Source: Candidatus Eiseniibacteriota bacterium
Lineage (GTDB): Bacteria; Eisenbacteria; RBG-16-71-46; SZUA-252
Reading direction: 5' to 3'
Assembly: GCA_036380835.1 (NCBI GenBank)
Contig: DASVDZ010000081.1
Location: 18,749-82,748 of the forward strand
DNA length: 64,000 nucleotides
The notes beneath the pieces are model-generated. The model was not told the DNA's origin, did not search any database, and was given only the letters and a program-made list of their open reading frames with translations. The position numbers and the translations under genes are program-made. Positions 62,469 to 64,000 of the stretch are shown here, piece by piece. Every line of letters starts with the position of its first letter. The stretch's first letter is position 1.

Positions 62469-64000
62469 ATGGCGCGCGGTTCGATGATTCGACTTCCGAT
62501 CGTACTGCTTCTGGCGCTCGCGCTGGCCGGGCTCGCCGGCTGCGCGAAGAGCGTGAAACCGGGCAAGCCGCCACAGCCGTTGAGCCCCGAGACCCAGATC
62601 ACGTACGCGCCGCTCCAGGGCGACACCGCATCGTTCCGGGTCCATTTCTACTGGAGCGGATGGGACAAGGACGGAGAGGTCGTCCGGTTCCGCTGGGCCG
62701 TCGACGCCGACACGATCAAGGACGAGCACGACTGGCATTCGACGACGTCCAAGGACACGACGCTTCTCTTCCTCGTGGATCCGGTCAAGGAGATCCAGGG
62801 GCACGTCTTCTGGGTGGCCGCGGAGGACAACGACGGCCACATCGACTCCACTCCGGCGAAGCGATTCTTCTCGGCGAAGACCATCCCGCCGACCTCGAAG
62901 ATCGACCGGGGCCCGGACGGGAAAGGGCTCCCGATCGGACCCAACTTCACGTTCGAGTGGTCGGGAATCGACCCGGACGGCGGCGAGACCGGCGGCTCCG
63001 CCCCGGTCGACTCGTTCGAGTACCTCCTGCTGCAGGTGCGCGGGATCGCGGACACGAACACTCCCCCGACTCACGACCCGCTGCCCGATTTCGACGAAAA
63101 GGTCTACTTGGGCCTGATCAACGAAGCGACGGGCCGGACGCTGCTCGATCGGCCGGCCCCGGGGAGGCACAGCGATTGGGCCTGGCAGGGCGTGCGGGGA
63201 ACCCGGAAGCGCTTCCGGAACGTCACTCCCGCGCCCTACGTCTTCGCCGTTCGAGCGGTCGACATCGCCGGCGCGACCGAGAAGAATCTGAAAATCACGG
63301 ACAACATCCGCTACTTCAACGTGACGAACAGGAACCCTGGCCCGCTCCTCACGATCTGCAGCAGCGTGCTGAACAAGTGCCTCCCGGCCGCGTCGGGTCC
63401 CGAGGACATCGTCCGGAAGCAGATCCAGGTCTTCGAGGGAGAGACGGTCTCCTTCTCGTGGACGGCGTCCGCGGAGTTCTACGGGGGCGAGGTGGTCGGA
63501 TACACGTTCGCGATGGACGACACGACCACCGCGGAATGGGGATCGCTGACCCTCCTCAAGACGGGGGCGACGTTCTCGCGCAACGATCTCCCCCCGGGCG
63601 CTCACAACCTGTACGTGCGCGTCGTGGACGACGGCGGGCTGGTCACGAACGCCAAGATCCCGCTCTTGATCGTCCATCCCGACTTCAAGGACCCGGGTGC
63701 CGAGAAGAACGCGCTCTACGTCGACGACTTCGGGACGCCGGGGGCGACGCCGCTCAACGCGGGCGCGAATTACCTGTCGGATGACGCGGAAGACATCTGG
63801 TGGGCGGATCACATCACGACGCCGCTCACCCAGGAATTCGGAGTTCCGTTCACGCAGTACGACACCGTCCGGAACAACATCGGGATCGAGGGGCGTGGCG
63901 TTCCCGACCCCAGCGAGCTGAAGAAGTACCGCGTCGTCATCTGGAGCGTCGACCTCAACAACACCGGGTCCTCGCCGACCGGGCTCTGGAAGACGCTCGT
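62469..64000 (+). CDS. Paralogous PKD-like-repeat lipoprotein, 3'-truncated by the window edge
   Basis: ATG ...MARGSMIRLPIVLLLALALAGLAGCAK (lipobox). The reading frame stays open to position 64000, which is why it is absent from the ORF track. The same motif recurs: FRVHFYWSGWDKDGEVVRFRWAVDAD, FTFEWSGIDPDGGETGG, VSFSWTASAEFYGGEVVGYTFAMDD. Confidence 0.7.
   Translation, partial: MARGSMIRLPIVLLLALALAGLAGCAKSVKPGKPPQPLSPETQITYAPLQGDTASFRVHFYWSGWDKDGEVVRFRWAVDADTIKDEHDWHSTTSKDTTLLFLVDPVKEIQGHVFWVAAEDNDGHIDSTPAKRFFSAKTIPPTSKIDRGPDGKGLPIGPNFTFEWSGIDPDGGETGGSAPVDSFEYLLLQVRGIADTNTPPTHDPLPDFDEKVYLGLINEATGRTLLDRPAPGRHSDWAWQGVRGTRKRFRNVTPAPYVFAVRAVDIAGATEKNLKITDNIRYFNVTNRNPGPLLTICSSVLNKCLPAASGPEDIVRKQIQVFEGETVSFSWTASAEFYGGEVVGYTFAMDDTTTAEWGSLTLLKTGATFSRNDLPPGAHNLYVRVVDDGGLVTNAKIPLLIVHPDFKDPGAEKNALYVDDFGTPGATPLNAGANYLSDDAEDIWWADHITTPLTQEFGVPFTQYDTVRNNIGIEGRGVPDPSELKKYRVVIWSVDLNNTGSSPTGLWKTL

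Overview
This is a 64-kb segment of a GC-rich (~70%) bacterial chromosome, densely packed with about 55 protein-coding genes. I saw no rRNA, tRNA, CRISPR array, transposase or integrase. Many long Arg/Gly/Pro-rich ORFs in the supplied track are alternate-frame artefacts of the high GC content; I chose real frames by amino-acid composition and recognisable families.

Housekeeping blocks:
- dnaK and hsp20
- msrA
- hom-thrC-thrB-lysC
- a tolA-like gene, tolB, pal, cpoB and then clpB
- punA, an ABC permease, udk and hpt (nucleoside salvage)
- hisS-aspS
- phoH, a PgpH-like HD protein, ybeY, a DUF502 gene, recO, glyQ and glyS

Regulatory and envelope content:
- an edge-truncated sensor histidine kinase divergent from a lipoprotein and an outer-membrane beta-barrel-like gene
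- a GH15/GT2/GT87-like glycan cluster
- a receiver-less sigma-54 activator with a near-consensus -24/-12 promoter driving hsp20-dnaK
- a triple-PAS hybrid histidine kinase plus an NtrC-like regulator with a degenerate receiver
- an ECF sigma with a zinc-type anti-sigma, followed by GT9 and a HEAT-repeat-cyclophilin fusion
- an orphan ptsN

The most unusual part is the right-hand end (56.5-64 kb). A ~50% GC leader carrying a consensus sigma-70 promoter and hairpins precedes a 1,220-aa secreted protein with a C-terminal T9SS (Por) sorting domain and no other recognisable domain. It is followed by a terminator, a second promoter and two paralogous lipoproteins built from repeated PKD-like WxGxDxDG modules. 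The last of these runs off the window.

The T9SS tag and high GC suggest a Gemmatimonadota- or FCB-related or candidate-phylum lineage, but I cannot assign taxonomy from sequence alone.
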